Source of the DNA: a virus
Strand: one strand, 5' to 3'
IMG/VR virus record: IMGVR_UViG_3300036832_000434
Location: 7,750 to 71,749 of that record
Length of the DNA: 64,000 bases
Shown here: positions 1 through 9,102 of the stretch, piece after piece
Numbering within the stretch: position 1 is the stretch's first letter
Layout: every line of letters starts with the position of its first letter
Translations under genes and position numbers: made by a program
The notes under the pieces: model-generated
Told to the model about the DNA's origin: nothing
What the model saw: only the letters and a program-made list of their open reading frames with translations
Databases searched by the model: none

Positions 1-451
1 GATCGCCGGCCAGGGCGTCCAATCGGCCGCGAAAAATTCCACGGCGTAGGCGGGCGGTTCTAGGAGCTTGCGGACGTGGCGTAGCGGCCATGTCGTGCCC
101 CAATGCTCCCAAAGCCAAGCGAGCGCGGCCGGATCGTCGGGGCCGAGGATCGCGAGATCGCCGGGGACCGGGATCAGGGCGTGCAAATCGAACGCGCATC
201 CCTTGCTCCGGCCTACCCATGCGATCGCCGCTTCGTGGCTTGCCTCAACCGCCTCGCGCAGCTCGCCGGCACGCGCGCGGGCAACCGGGATGCGGCGGCG
301 GCGATCGAGCGCCAAGAGCCAATGAAACCAAGCCTCGGTCATTTCGGCGTAGCGATAGCTCCAGGGCACGATGCCGGCGCCGGCCGCCGCGGCGCGGAAA
401 CGATCGAGCGGCTCAGCCGGGCCGGAGACGTCGAGCCGGTGATAGAGCCAG

Positions 452-721
452 TCAGGATGCGGGAGGTGCATCGTCGTCGGCGTCGCATCCCATTCCGATG
501 CCAAGCGCCTCGGCGATCAGCGGGGATAGGCCGGCCGCCGTCTCGACCAAGAGAGGCAGACACCATGTCCGCCCGGCATGGATACGAAGGCCAGGACACG
601 GCGCCGGAGCGCCGGGATAGGCTATGCGGCCGATGTCGCAGACTTCAAGCGCGCAGCATATCCCGCACCCATTGCACGCGGCGCCCTTACGCGGCTTCGG
701 CGGGAGGGTTATCGCCGCCAT
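452..721 (-). CDS. Small Cys-rich metal-binding protein
   Basis: CNGCGICC plus further Cys; overlaps the upstream gene. Confidence 0.55.
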   Translation of the reverse strand: MAAITLPPKPRKGAACNGCGICCALEVCDIGRIAYPGAPAPCPGLRIHAGRTWCLPLLVETAAGLSPLIAEALGIGMGCDADDDAPPAS

Positions 722-1182
722 GGCCGGCAGTGATCGAGCGCCGGATCGTCGGGATCGACGCCGTTGGCGATCGCCATCTCGAAATAGCTCTCGTGCAACT
801 CGATGTCGTCGTCGCTGACGAGCACCGGATCGAAGCGGCCTTTGGCAAGCGCGATGCGCCAGCCGATCGCGCTCTCGCCGCGGAGGATATAGCCGGCGCA
901 GACCGCCGGCCGCTCAGCCCCGCTTTGATGGCACGCGAACGTCGCGAGCGGATTGCTGATCGCCGCTCCCTTGACGATCGCCGCCGCGAGCGAGGCGCCA
1001 TCGGTTGCGGTATTCGCCGAGAGGATGAACGCCTCGGCGGGGAATTCGCCGGTCGCATCGATGCGCCAGGGGCAATCGGAGCATGGCTTGCGCCGGTAGC
1101 GGTTCGCCGCATCCTCGATCGTGAGGACGGCATGATCGGCGCCCGCGAGCCGTTTCGCGGTGAGCTTGGCCTTGCTCATCAA
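709..1182 (-). CDS. Cys/His protein, DUF6283-like
   Basis: PCSDCPWR...FACH...CAG motifs; coupled to neighbours. Confidence 0.65.
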   Translation of the reverse strand: MMSKAKLTAKRLAGADHAVLTIEDAANRYRRKPCSDCPWRIDATGEFPAEAFILSANTATDGASLAAAIVKGAAISNPLATFACHQSGAERPAVCAGYILRGESAIGWRIALAKGRFDPVLVSDDDIELHESYFEMAIANGVDPDDPALDHCRPWRR

Positions 1183-1463
1183 TCGCGCGTCGGCGGCACG
1201 TAATCGCCGGGCGGGCGCTGGAAAACGTCGCGGCCTCCGGTTATCTCCCGGCCAACCGCCTCATGGAGCATCATAATCAGGCGCGATTCCTCGACCGGCA
1301 TCACCGCGACCAGCCGGGTCAGATCGGCCGGGAGATGCTTGAGCACCGCATGGCGGAGCGCGGAGGCGCCGGAGGCGGTACGCATCGAGTCGACGATGCC
1401 CGTTTTGCTCAGCACCGGATCGTCAGTCGCGATCAGGATCAGCGCGGCGAATTCGTATTTCAC
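1179..1463 (-). CDS. Hypothetical protein, paralog of 9099..9374
   Basis: 4-bp overlaps with neighbours; shared ATDDP and R.VA.MP motifs. Confidence 0.6.
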   Translation of the reverse strand: MKYEFAALILIATDDPVLSKTGIVDSMRTASGASALRHAVLKHLPADLTRLVAVMPVEESRLIMMLHEAVGREITGGRDVFQRPPGDYVPPTRD

Positions 1464-1741
1464 GGTACTAGTCCCTTCCCAAAGTCAGGGTGCCGCTCGT
1501 AACCGAGGCGCCCTTTCATCGCGCGATGACGATCAATAGCCGCCTCCGCTTTCTGCCATGGCGACAACTCGCCTGCCGAGACTTTCAGCGCGAGCACGAA
1601 TCCAGCCCGGTCCAGGGCGTCTAGAACGCTACGGGCAACAAGGCGGGCATCGGAATTCCCGTCGCTACACACGGAAAACTCTATGGCGTTCGCGATGACT
1701 TGCTCGGCGGTTCCTGGGGTGTCGTGCTTGCTATCGGTCAT
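1460..1741 (-). CDS. Hypothetical protein
   Basis: ATG at 1741 overlaps the recombinase stop. Confidence 0.5.
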   Translation of the reverse strand: MTDSKHDTPGTAEQVIANAIEFSVCSDGNSDARLVARSVLDALDRAGFVLALKVSAGELSPWQKAEAAIDRHRAMKGRLGYERHPDFGKGLVP

Positions 1742-2652
1742 AGGCCCAATTTCCCCGCTGGATTGTCGTCGAGCTTGCCCGATCGCCGGATATAGCCGCG
1801 CATCGAGGCAAGGCTTTTGTGGCGGGTATGCCCCGCGATTTCCTCGTCGCGTGCGCCCATCCGGTGCGCCTCGGTCACGAAGCCGGCGCGTAGCCCGTGC
1901 GGCGATAGCGTCTCGTGCGCAGCGACTTTGATCCCCGCGCGCTCGGCGGCGCGTCGGACGATCCGTCTTACGCCGTCCGGATGAAGCGCGTGATCGCTGA
2001 TCGTGCCCCATTGGTCGATGCCGCGGAACACCGGGCCGAACCGGGTGGCAGATACCTCAAGCCAGCGCTGCAAGGTACGGACCGGGCACGTCATACGGTT
2101 CATCCCCGCCGGTATGACGATCTCGTCGCCCGCGCGCCCCTGGTCGGTTTTGCTCGCCGGGATATGGAGGCGGATCGAGCCGGGCTGAAACGTGAGGTGC
2201 TCGCGCTCGATCGCGGTGATCTCCGATCGTCGGAGGCCCCCGGCGAAGCCGATCAGGATGATCGCGCGGTCGCGTAGCCCGGTGAGCGTTTCATCGCAGG
2301 AAAGGAGCATCGCCCTGACTTCGCGTAGGCAAAGTGCTGCGGCGCGGCGCGGCGGCGTGCCATGGGCGCGGGCGATCCCACGCATCGTATTACGGACGAT
2401 GATCGCGTCGGATGGAAAGTCATAGCCGGCGACGAGATGCGCCGCGGCGATCCCGCGGAGCCGGCGGCGAAGCGTGGCGGTGGCGTGCGTCCGCGCGATC
2501 GAGGCGAGATAGCGCGCGATCAGGGCGGGATCGGCCGGCATCGCGAGGGCGAGATCATGCGCCCGGCAGAACGCATGGAAAGCCGCAAGGTCGCGGGCGT
2601 AGGCGGCGCGTGTCGCGGCGGAGAAGCTCGGCGCGGCATACGGGTTATCCAT
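1738..2652 (-). CDS. Tyrosine recombinase (Cre/XerD-like, SAM-like N-domain)
   Basis: Catalytic R (GLRRSE), K (SKTDQ), HxxR (HGLR), H (TRH), Y (GYIR); ATG at 2652 coupled to upstream stop. Confidence 0.92.
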   Translation of the reverse strand: MDNPYAAPSFSAATRAAYARDLAAFHAFCRAHDLALAMPADPALIARYLASIARTHATATLRRRLRGIAAAHLVAGYDFPSDAIIVRNTMRGIARAHGTPPRRAAALCLREVRAMLLSCDETLTGLRDRAIILIGFAGGLRRSEITAIEREHLTFQPGSIRLHIPASKTDQGRAGDEIVIPAGMNRMTCPVRTLQRWLEVSATRFGPVFRGIDQWGTISDHALHPDGVRRIVRRAAERAGIKVAAHETLSPHGLRAGFVTEAHRMGARDEEIAGHTRHKSLASMRGYIRRSGKLDDNPAGKLGL

Positions 2653-3323
2653 CAATGCACACTCCCCGGCGAGGCGTCCGGCTTCGGCGGATAGCGGAAA
2701 ACCCCGGTCAGCGATGCGATATGAAGGACGGCCATTAACCGGCTCAGGCTCATATGATCGAGCGTCTTGATCTGATCTAGCCCGATGCCGTCGGGGAGTA
2801 GCTTGGCGATGGTTTCCTCGATCCGCTCGATCGCGTGCTCTTTCGAGACATAGCCGCCGTTTGGGCCTCCGGCGCCCTCCGGCTGTCCGGCGAGCGCGAG
2901 CGCGTATATCTCCGGCTTTAGCTCGATCGTGACGCCGTAAAGCTGAAATACCGGCTTTTTCGGTTCGGTTTTCTCCCGCTCGTTTTGCGCGGCGATCCGG
3001 CATAGCGCGACGAGTATCCCCTTGCCGTGTTCCTCGGCCTCCCGGAAGGTTCGGCAGGGCTGCCCGGCGGGCGTCCCCATCGCGTTGGGATAGCCGGGCG
3101 GCATACCTCGGAAAATCACGTCGGCGTGCCAGCCGCCAAGCGGCGCGGGATAGATCGCCAGCGAATAGAGCATCGACTCGCGCAATTGCGAGATCGTCGC
3201 GAGGCCAAGCGCCGACGTCATCTTGCTATCGTTCGCCTTGCGGGCCTCGGCGCGCGCCCATGGCAGGAGCGTGCGAAGCAGGACGCGGCCTTTGTTGATT
3301 TGCTCCGGTGTTGCTTCCATCAC
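2652..3323 (-). CDS. Hypothetical protein
   Basis: Protein-like composition; coupled at both ends. Confidence 0.65.
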   Translation of the reverse strand: MMEATPEQINKGRVLLRTLLPWARAEARKANDSKMTSALGLATISQLRESMLYSLAIYPAPLGGWHADVIFRGMPPGYPNAMGTPAGQPCRTFREAEEHGKGILVALCRIAAQNEREKTEPKKPVFQLYGVTIELKPEIYALALAGQPEGAGGPNGGYVSKEHAIERIEETIAKLLPDGIGLDQIKTLDHMSLSRLMAVLHIASLTGVFRYPPKPDASPGSVH

Positions 3324-3583
3324 GCGATCTCGTCAATCACGACGCCAGAACCGAAAACTTTGAGCCGGACCGGATAGCCGGTCATCTGCCGCACGACGGC
3401 CGCGTAAGGCCGGAACGACTCGATCCGATCGTGATCTGCGCCGATCAGCGGCGTCATCCCCGGCATACCGGGCAACGTCCCGGCGCAGATGCCCTCGCCG
3501 CCATCCGGCTCGGTCGCGACCCAAGCAAAGAGCTTGTCGATCGTTTGGCCGGTGCCGGCCTTCCATGGCTTGTCATCGGCCAT
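3320..3583 (-). CDS. Hypothetical phage protein
   Basis: MADDKPWK start; operon coupling. Confidence 0.55.
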   Translation of the reverse strand: MADDKPWKAGTGQTIDKLFAWVATEPDGGEGICAGTLPGMPGMTPLIGADHDRIESFRPYAAVVRQMTGYPVRLKVFGSGVVIDEIA

Positions 3584-3824
3584 CGGAGCCGTCCTCGGCT
3601 TGCTCATCGGCGTAGCGGAAGAGTATAAACCGCGTCGCCGCGGGACCGATATTGCGGCGCATCTCATTCGTGGCGGCACGAAGCGCGAGGGCGGTTGTGA
3701 TTTCTCGCCCAAGCGTATGACTGGCCATGGCGATCAGCCCGTTGAAGCTATCAAAGAACATCTGCTCATCCGGCCGCAACCTCTCGCCGACTTCGGGGAT
3801 GCGGACCTCGATTTTATCGGCCAT
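3573..3824 (-). CDS. Hypothetical protein
   Basis: Operon coupling. Confidence 0.55.
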   Translation of the reverse strand: MADKIEVRIPEVGERLRPDEQMFFDSFNGLIAMASHTLGREITTALALRAATNEMRRNIGPAATRFILFRYADEQAEDGSDGR

Positions 3825-4152
3825 TGGAGCCGTCCCCTAGCTCGTTGTAGTCGTGGCTCATCTGCGAGTCCGCGAACGATCGGAGCACGAAAGCCGCGGC
3901 CTCGGCGCTCAGTTCTAGCCGTAGGCGTGCGATCGCGGCCGAGAGCGTGACCGAGATCATCATCTGAGAGCCGAGGCGATCGCCTGCGAGGTCGAGAAGC
4001 GGATCGAGGACGTCAAGAAATTCCTTTACCATCGGGCTAAATTCGCCGCCTCCAAGGGAGATGGCTTTAACTTCGATCGTGCCGCCATATTCGGCCTCGG
4101 CGCCGGCTTTGGCGGCGGCCGAGATTTCGGCGGAATTCGGCGGCTTTGGCAT
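3814..4152 (-). CDS. Hypothetical protein
   Basis: GGAG RBS; operon coupling. Confidence 0.55.
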   Translation of the reverse strand: MPKPPNSAEISAAAKAGAEAEYGGTIEVKAISLGGGEFSPMVKEFLDVLDPLLDLAGDRLGSQMMISVTLSAAIARLRLELSAEAAAFVLRSFADSQMSHDYNELGDGSNGR

Positions 4153-4203
4153 GGGGTGCTCCGGTGATTGTGGCGGCGGGTTATCGTGCGCGATATATGC
4201 TAG

Positions 4204-4344
4204 TTATCGCATATGAGGCGGGATCGGCGGCCGTCGGCGACATCGCCGCTCGGTCCGATCGAGCCGCCCGATCAGGAAGCCCACGCTAAAGGCGAGCGCC
4301 CATCCCGCGACGTGGGCGAGGGTCGTAAAGAGCCATTCAGCCAT
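4204..4344 (-). CDS. Small membrane protein
   Basis: MAEWLFTT start; one hydrophobic helix. Confidence 0.4.
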   Translation of the reverse strand: MAEWLFTTLAHVAGWALAFSVGFLIGRLDRTERRCRRRPPIPPHMR

Positions 4345-4505
4345 CACTCCGCCTCTGCGAGCGCGCGCAAGGCTTCGGCGAGCCGCTCGAAAAACTGGCC
4401 CTCGATTTCGGTGTCGCGCTCGCTCCCCGCCTGGATCACGGATTCGGCCATCCATTCCGGGTCGGCGCCATCGAGCCACGCGCGGAGCGCATCGTTTACG
4501 TCCAT
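4344..4505 (-). CDS. Small acidic hypothetical protein
   Basis: GAGGA RBS before MDVNDAL. Confidence 0.45.
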   Translation of the reverse strand: MDVNDALRAWLDGADPEWMAESVIQAGSERDTEIEGQFFERLAEALRALAEAE

Positions 4506-4634
4506 GGGGTAGTGTCCTCTCGCCGCACTATAAAACGCACATTGCGCGCCGGGCAACCGCTAAGGCCGGCTTGCGTCCGCCAGTTTTACCGGCATATTAC
4601 GCCATCACACAAAACATCATACGGCAGGCGCGAG

Positions 4635-5072
4635 ATGGCGACACAGGCGGACAAAGAGCATACCGACGGCCCCTATTCGGTTCGTTGGCTCGATGCGGCG
4701 AGCAAGCGCGATGCCAAGGCGGCGGCGGCGCGCGCCTCGCTCGATGTCGGCGAGTGGTGGGCACTCGCGGCGAGGACACAACTCGCTTTCGAGCGTGGCG
4801 AATTGGTCCATCGGACCGATGACGGGATCGTCGATGGGAGCCGGGCGCTGACCCTGATCGACGAGGCCCCGGCCGATCGCCGCTTCTCGGTCGATGAGGC
4901 GGCGCGCGTGGTCGAGATCGCCGGTCACATCGCCAATCTCCGCGGGCGGATCACGGATCGCGCGCTGACCGCTCTACTCGCCAAAGCCGTCTCGCCGCTC
5001 GGCCTGACCGCGGCGGACCTCGGCGATCGGCCGCTCGCGCGCGTGGCGAAGGCGATCGATGGCGAGCGATGA
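4635..5072 (+). CDS. Hypothetical protein, possible N-terminal ribbon-helix-helix
   Basis: PYSVRWLD...AKAAAARASLDVGEW resembles RHH; divergent from 4505. Confidence 0.5.
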   Translation: MATQADKEHTDGPYSVRWLDAASKRDAKAAAARASLDVGEWWALAARTQLAFERGELVHRTDDGIVDGSRALTLIDEAPADRRFSVDEAARVVEIAGHIANLRGRITDRALTALLAKAVSPLGLTAADLGDRPLARVAKAIDGER

Positions 5073-5163
5073 CGCTCGGTATTGCGCCGTATGACGATCG
5101 GCGGCAGAGTTTCCCCCGTTCAACTCTTAGGTTCCACAGGCCAAGGAATTGACTGCAAACCGG

Positions 5164-5205
5164 AACTCCGCGCCCCTCGATCGAACCGGGCGCGGGGTTT
5201 CTTTT
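5164..5205 (+). terminator. Intrinsic terminator
   Basis: AACTCCGCGCCC / GGGCGCGGGGTT stem followed by TCTTTT. Confidence 0.7.
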
Positions 5206-5222
5206 GGGAAAGGATACCGGCG

Positions 5223-5396
5223 ATGGGTCTGATCCTGCTGATCCTGATCCTCTTTCTGCTATTCGGCGGCGGCGGATACTACGGCTATCGCTCGGGGTAT
5301 TACGGCGGCTCCCACTACGGCGGCGGTCTGATCGTGCTCGTGCTCGTCGTCGTGCTCGTGTTCTTCTTGTTCGGCGGGGGTCTGCCATACCGATGA
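5223..5396 (+). CDS. Small Gly-rich membrane protein, DUF3309-like
   Basis: Two hydrophobic helices around GGGGYYGY...YGGG; AGGA RBS. Confidence 0.75.
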   Translation: MGLILLILILFLLFGGGGYYGYRSGYYGGSHYGGGLIVLVLVVVLVFFLFGGGLPYR

Positions 5397-5450
5397 CCGG
5401 GCTGAAAATAGGTGACTCGACTCAATCCGCCGCAGTATCAATCAACCATC

Positions 5451-5888
5451 ATGCCGGCGCAAAATTCTGATGACCGATGCCGGCAATTATGGTCGGCGAT
5501 GCTGCTGGTCGCGGTGGGAGATATCCGCGATCAGCAGTATGATTCGCTCGACTACATGCAATCCGTGCAGTTTTTCACGGCGACATCCGGCGCCTGGGCG
5601 TCCTGGCGGGCCGAAGTCGCCGAAATGCTTGAACTCCACGCCGACGATCTCAAGCGCCTCGGGCGGGCCGAGATCGCGGCGCGCGAGGCGCGTGATCCTC
5701 CCCCGGTGATCCGCGTAGAGCCGGCCGTCGGACCGATCGTCACACCGCATACTACGGCGATCGGTCCGGCGCCGGATGATCGGATCGTGCCGCTCAGAAA
5801 GCCTCTCCATCTCGCGCGGCCACGGGTCCGCCCGGATGCCAAAGCGCCTGGGGCATGGATCACGGCATTCGCCAAGCGTAGGGCGTGA
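5451..5888 (+). CDS. Hypothetical phage protein
   Basis: R.LW.A.L..AV.D N-terminus common in phage proteins. Confidence 0.55.
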   Translation: MPAQNSDDRCRQLWSAMLLVAVGDIRDQQYDSLDYMQSVQFFTATSGAWASWRAEVAEMLELHADDLKRLGRAEIAAREARDPPPVIRVEPAVGPIVTPHTTAIGPAPDDRIVPLRKPLHLARPRVRPDAKAPGAWITAFAKRRA

Positions 5889-5891
5889 GCC

Positions 5892-6083
5892 TTATTCTAA
5901 GCGCGAGGCCAATTCTTCGATGGTCAGCCTCAGTGGATCGTTAACTGGGGTATTTACGATCTCGACACTTAATTGCGTCCGAAACTCCGCCAGGAAGCCC
6001 GGTAGCTTGGCCTCCCACGTCCTAGCGAGGGCGACAATTATCGCGCTCAGCAAAGCCTCCGCGTGCTCGATTTCTGCGCTCAT
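5892..6083 (-). CDS. Hypothetical protein (lower GC)
   Basis: AAGGA RBS. Confidence 0.5.
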   Translation of the reverse strand: MSAEIEHAEALLSAIIVALARTWEAKLPGFLAEFRTQLSVEIVNTPVNDPLRLTIEELASRLE

Positions 6084-6098
6084 TGGCGTGTCTTTTCC

Positions 6099-6335
6099 TT
6101 ACCAGCGGTGATCCATCGGTCCGGTCGCGGGGATCGGCACGCCGGCCGCCTCGATCTCAGCGCGCTTGACGAACACCGGCCGAAAATTAGCGATCCTCCG
6201 GCCGCGGGCTTCGTAGGCTACTTCGCCCATCCGCTTTGTCTCCCAGCCGACTTTGGGGAAATCGACGGCAAACATATTGCCGATCCAAATCTCATCGGCG
6301 TCGGCTTCGGGGTGTCTGACGCGCTCAGCCGTCAT
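6099..6335 (-). CDS. Hypothetical phage protein
   Basis: MTAERVRHP start; coupled. Confidence 0.5.
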   Translation of the reverse strand: MTAERVRHPEADADEIWIGNMFAVDFPKVGWETKRMGEVAYEARGRRIANFRPVFVKRAEIEAAGVPIPATGPMDHRW

Positions 6336-6567
6336 CGCTACGCATCGCCCGATCGGTGATGTGGCGTGCCCAACGCTCGGCATCCTCCGGCGTCGGCGGC
6401 GGGATCGGGACAAGGTTCTCGGCGGCGGCATCGGCTTGGCCTGGGAGCACGACGCAGGCGACGAGCGCGACGCATCGCGTGCCGTCCTCGGCGTGGCCCT
6501 GCCACATCCGGACCATAACCTCGCCCTCCATAAAGAAATGCGGCGTCGGTTCGATAGTCAGTTTCAT
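6325..6567 (-). CDS. Hypothetical phage protein
   Basis: MKLTIEPT...RMWQG; overlaps upstream stop. Confidence 0.55.
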   Translation of the reverse strand: MKLTIEPTPHFFMEGEVMVRMWQGHAEDGTRCVALVACVVLPGQADAAAENLVPIPPPTPEDAERWARHITDRAMRSDDG

Positions 6568-7124
6568 ATCGTCGCCTCGCTCTCGGCCTTCGCCCGCCGC
6601 GCCCATAGCATCCGGAGGAAGCCGACACACGTCCGCATCCGACTCGTGTCCTCGATCATCTTGATCGTGCCGTCAGGATTGCGCACCGGATCGCCGTCTA
6701 TCGTCAGCGGGCGCTTCGGAAAGAGGAAATTTCCCGGCCCCTTGCTCATATCGATCGGCGTCCCCTTGTGGCAGTAGAACCAGCCTTGCCCGTCATAGCC
6801 GGCGGCCTTGAGCGATACCATAAGCTCGGCCCATCGCTCGGGATCGCGCTGCTCGGGCGAGCCGGGGCGGAAGGCGCAATTGTCGCACGGCTCAGCGCAG
6901 ACGACATCGCGCACATAGAGCGGAGGGAACGGCTCCCAAATCGCCTTGCAGTCGAGGCACGTATGCCAGTCGCAATCGATGCCGGCGTCCTTGACGATAT
7001 CGGGCGGGAAATCAGTCGCCTTGATGACCGCGATCGAGCGGCTCCGGCAAGCCGGACACCAGGGATCGCGCGGGCGCGGAATGCCGGAGGCGTCGGCCTT
7101 GAGGCGGGCGCGAGCTTGGCCCAT
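6564..7124 (-). CDS. Cys-rich Zn-binding protein
   Basis: CPAC, CLDC, PCDNCAFR, FYCH, CVG. Confidence 0.6.
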   Translation of the reverse strand: MGQARARLKADASGIPRPRDPWCPACRSRSIAVIKATDFPPDIVKDAGIDCDWHTCLDCKAIWEPFPPLYVRDVVCAEPCDNCAFRPGSPEQRDPERWAELMVSLKAAGYDGQGWFYCHKGTPIDMSKGPGNFLFPKRPLTIDGDPVRNPDGTIKMIEDTSRMRTCVGFLRMLWARRAKAESEATI

Positions 7125-7375
7125 CAGATCGGCTCGGCGAGCGAGGGCAGCGGCGGGAGCGTCGATATGCCGGCGCGGACCGCTGATCGCGGCTTCGGAT
7201 CGTCGGTCCGGATGATCGGCGACGGCCGCGGCGTCAGCCCGAATTTCGTCACCTTGCGCGTGAGGGTGGAACTGCTGAGCTTGAACCGCTCGCGGATGAC
7301 CTTGCCGCTATCGCCGCGCTCCCAGGCCGCGATAAAAGCCTTGTTGTGGGCTTCGTCCCAGGGCTTGCCTTTCAT
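7124..7375 (-). CDS. GcrA-like regulator (N-terminal HTH only)
   Basis: W.....AAWERGDS...I......S.....KV.KFGLTPRPSPI. Confidence 0.65.
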   Translation of the reverse strand: MKGKPWDEAHNKAFIAAWERGDSGKVIRERFKLSSSTLTRKVTKFGLTPRPSPIIRTDDPKPRSAVRAGISTLPPLPSLAEPI

Positions 7376-7473
7376 CTCGTCACTCCATTGCTATCAGGGG
7401 GGAAATCCCAGTCGTTTCTCCCGCGAGAATAAGGGACACGATGAGATGCAACGGGTTTGTCCCTTTCGTCATC

Positions 7474-7671
7474 CTACGTAAACAGATTGGCGCGTTGCTC
7501 GGCGAGGATACGATGCGATACCTCGATCGCCTCGGCGATTGTGTTCTTTCTGGCGGTCCATGATCGCCCGGCCGGCTCGGCGACGGTGACGACGAGCGCG
7601 CCGTCCTCATCCTCGGCGATCGTGGTACTCCATCCGTCGTCGGGGTGGTTGATATGGATCGAGCTTTTCAT
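7474..7671 (-). CDS. Hypothetical protein
   Basis: Operon coupling. Confidence 0.5.
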   Translation of the reverse strand: MKSSIHINHPDDGWSTTIAEDEDGALVVTVAEPAGRSWTARKNTIAEAIEVSHRILAEQRANLFT

Positions 7672-7949
7672 CGCCGGCCGGGCCTCACGCCGCGCTCATG
7701 CTCGGCCGCCGGCTGCGGCGGCTCCGGCCAGACAAGTTCGGCCCCGGTCACTTCGCGGAGCGTGTCCGTTACCGCCTTTTGCATCAGGAGCATGAAATCG
7801 CGCTTGATCGTCGGATTGTCGCGCGCGAACCGGAGGCGGACCATACCCAAGAGAATCGCCCCGTCCATCGTCCCCGGCATAGCATAGTAGGCTTTCCAGA
7901 AATCGCCGTCCTCGCGTAAGGCCAAGCGCCCGGTCGGGGTGTGTGCCAT
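7668..7949 (-). CDS. Hypothetical phage protein
   Basis: GRLALREDGDFWKAYYA motif; coupled. Confidence 0.6.
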   Translation of the reverse strand: MAHTPTGRLALREDGDFWKAYYAMPGTMDGAILLGMVRLRFARDNPTIKRDFMLLMQKAVTDTLREVTGAELVWPEPPQPAAEHERGVRPGRR

Positions 7950-8194
7950 TATCGAATTGCCCTGATGATGGTTATCCGAACGGCGTCGCCGTCCGCTCTG
8001 ATCCGGTAACGGCCGGTGCCGAGTTTGGTCCAAGCCGCACCGTTGACGGCGAGATAGGTGTCGCGCTTGGCCGGCTGGTGGTCAGGTAGCGGGATCAGCG
8101 CATCATCGCCCGCGTCGATCGCCGCGCGCGTCAGCCGGGCCGCCTCGCGGCGGATGCGACGATTATCGGCGACTTGTCGCGCGAGATCGGTCAA
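7949..8194 (-). CDS. Hypothetical protein
   Basis: Operon coupling. Confidence 0.45.
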   Translation of the reverse strand: MTDLARQVADNRRIRREAARLTRAAIDAGDDALIPLPDHQPAKRDTYLAVNGAAWTKLGTGRYRIRADGDAVRITIIRAIR

Positions 8195-8508
8195 TCGATC
8201 CGTCCTTTGTAGGGGAGCGCGTACGGCGCCTCGCGCTTGGCGGCCTCGATCTCAGCCCGTAGGCCAGCGTCAGGGGCAAGCCGGATATAGGCGGCATAGT
8301 CGCCCGCCGGACGTCCCGCCTCCTGCTCACGGGCCGCTAGCGCGGCTTCCTCGGCGGCGCGGCGGCGGGTGGCCTTCTCGCGGCTGACGATCGACGAGAC
8401 GCGGCTGATTTCGAGGCCGACGTCGGAGGCGATCACTTTGATCCGCTCGCCGGATTGCCGGCGGCGGTAGATTTCGGCGTCGCGCTCGGGGTGTTTGCTG
8501 GCGCTCAC
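8191..8508 (-). CDS. HTH DNA-binding protein
   Basis: RDAEIYRRRQSGERIKVIASDVGLEISRVSSIV. Confidence 0.65.
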   Translation of the reverse strand: MSASKHPERDAEIYRRRQSGERIKVIASDVGLEISRVSSIVSREKATRRRAAEEAALAAREQEAGRPAGDYAAYIRLAPDAGLRAEIEAAKREAPYALPYKGRID

Positions 8509-8714
8509 GACGCGAACGGATAGACGATATTGGCGACGAGCTTGGCCGCGCGTGACGTCTGAAACGGCTTATCGCAGCACGGGCAAACGTCGATCCTAGC
8601 CCGATGCGGCGGGACGATCGCCCAATGCCCGGTTTCGTCATCTTGGACGATCGCGAGCCGATCGCTTCGGACGTTCTGATCGTTGTAACCCGCGATATCC
8701 TTTTCCTCGATCAT
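8505..8714 (-). CDS. Hypothetical protein with CPCC
   Basis: Operon coupling. Confidence 0.5.
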   Translation of the reverse strand: MIEEKDIAGYNDQNVRSDRLAIVQDDETGHWAIVPPHRARIDVCPCCDKPFQTSRAAKLVANIVYPFAS

Positions 8715-8902
8715 CAGAGAAATCCTTTCCGCGCGTTGTTTTGGGCTTCCCGGATTTGCGCGAGGATATCTGGCTCGAACCTTTTAATCCCGCGAATCGC
8801 TATCCTCTCCATCGCCGTCCATCCGAGTTTGCGCGCCACGCGGGACGCGCAAAGCATGACGAACGCGGGCACCGAAATGTTGATTCTGACGGGAGCGGTC
8901 AT
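8714..8902 (-). CDS. Hypothetical protein
   Basis: ATG overlaps upstream stop. Confidence 0.4.
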   Translation of the reverse strand: MTAPVRINISVPAFVMLCASRVARKLGWTAMERIAIRGIKRFEPDILAQIREAQNNARKGFL

Positions 8903-9102
8903 AAGAATCCTTTCTGCGGGTTTTGCTCGCGCTCGATTTCGACAAGGGTTTGCAGCACGGCCGACATCGCCGCCTGCTCGCGCGCCGCGGCCTCGGCCGA
9001 CATCTTGCCGGCGGCAATCCAGCGCGGATAGACGCGCGCCCGCATCGCTAGCTCGCGGCGCACGCAAGCGATCTGATCGGCGAGCGGGACCGCGGCGCTC
9101 AA
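8899..9102 (-). CDS. Conserved small phage protein
   Basis: QIACVRRELAMRARVYPRW..GKM motif. Confidence 0.7.
   Translation of the reverse strand: MSAAVPLADQIACVRRELAMRARVYPRWIAAGKMSAEAAAREQAAMSAVLQTLVEIEREQNPQKGFL

Noticed and set aside
103-1203. 366-aa plus-strand ORF and many similar Arg/Pro-rich overlapping ORFs
   Set aside because: Shadow ORFs of high-GC DNA opposite coupled genes that have recognisable motifs
4204-5396. Small membrane proteins as holins
   Set aside because: They are in the early region with no adjacent endolysin; lysis genes probably lie outside the window
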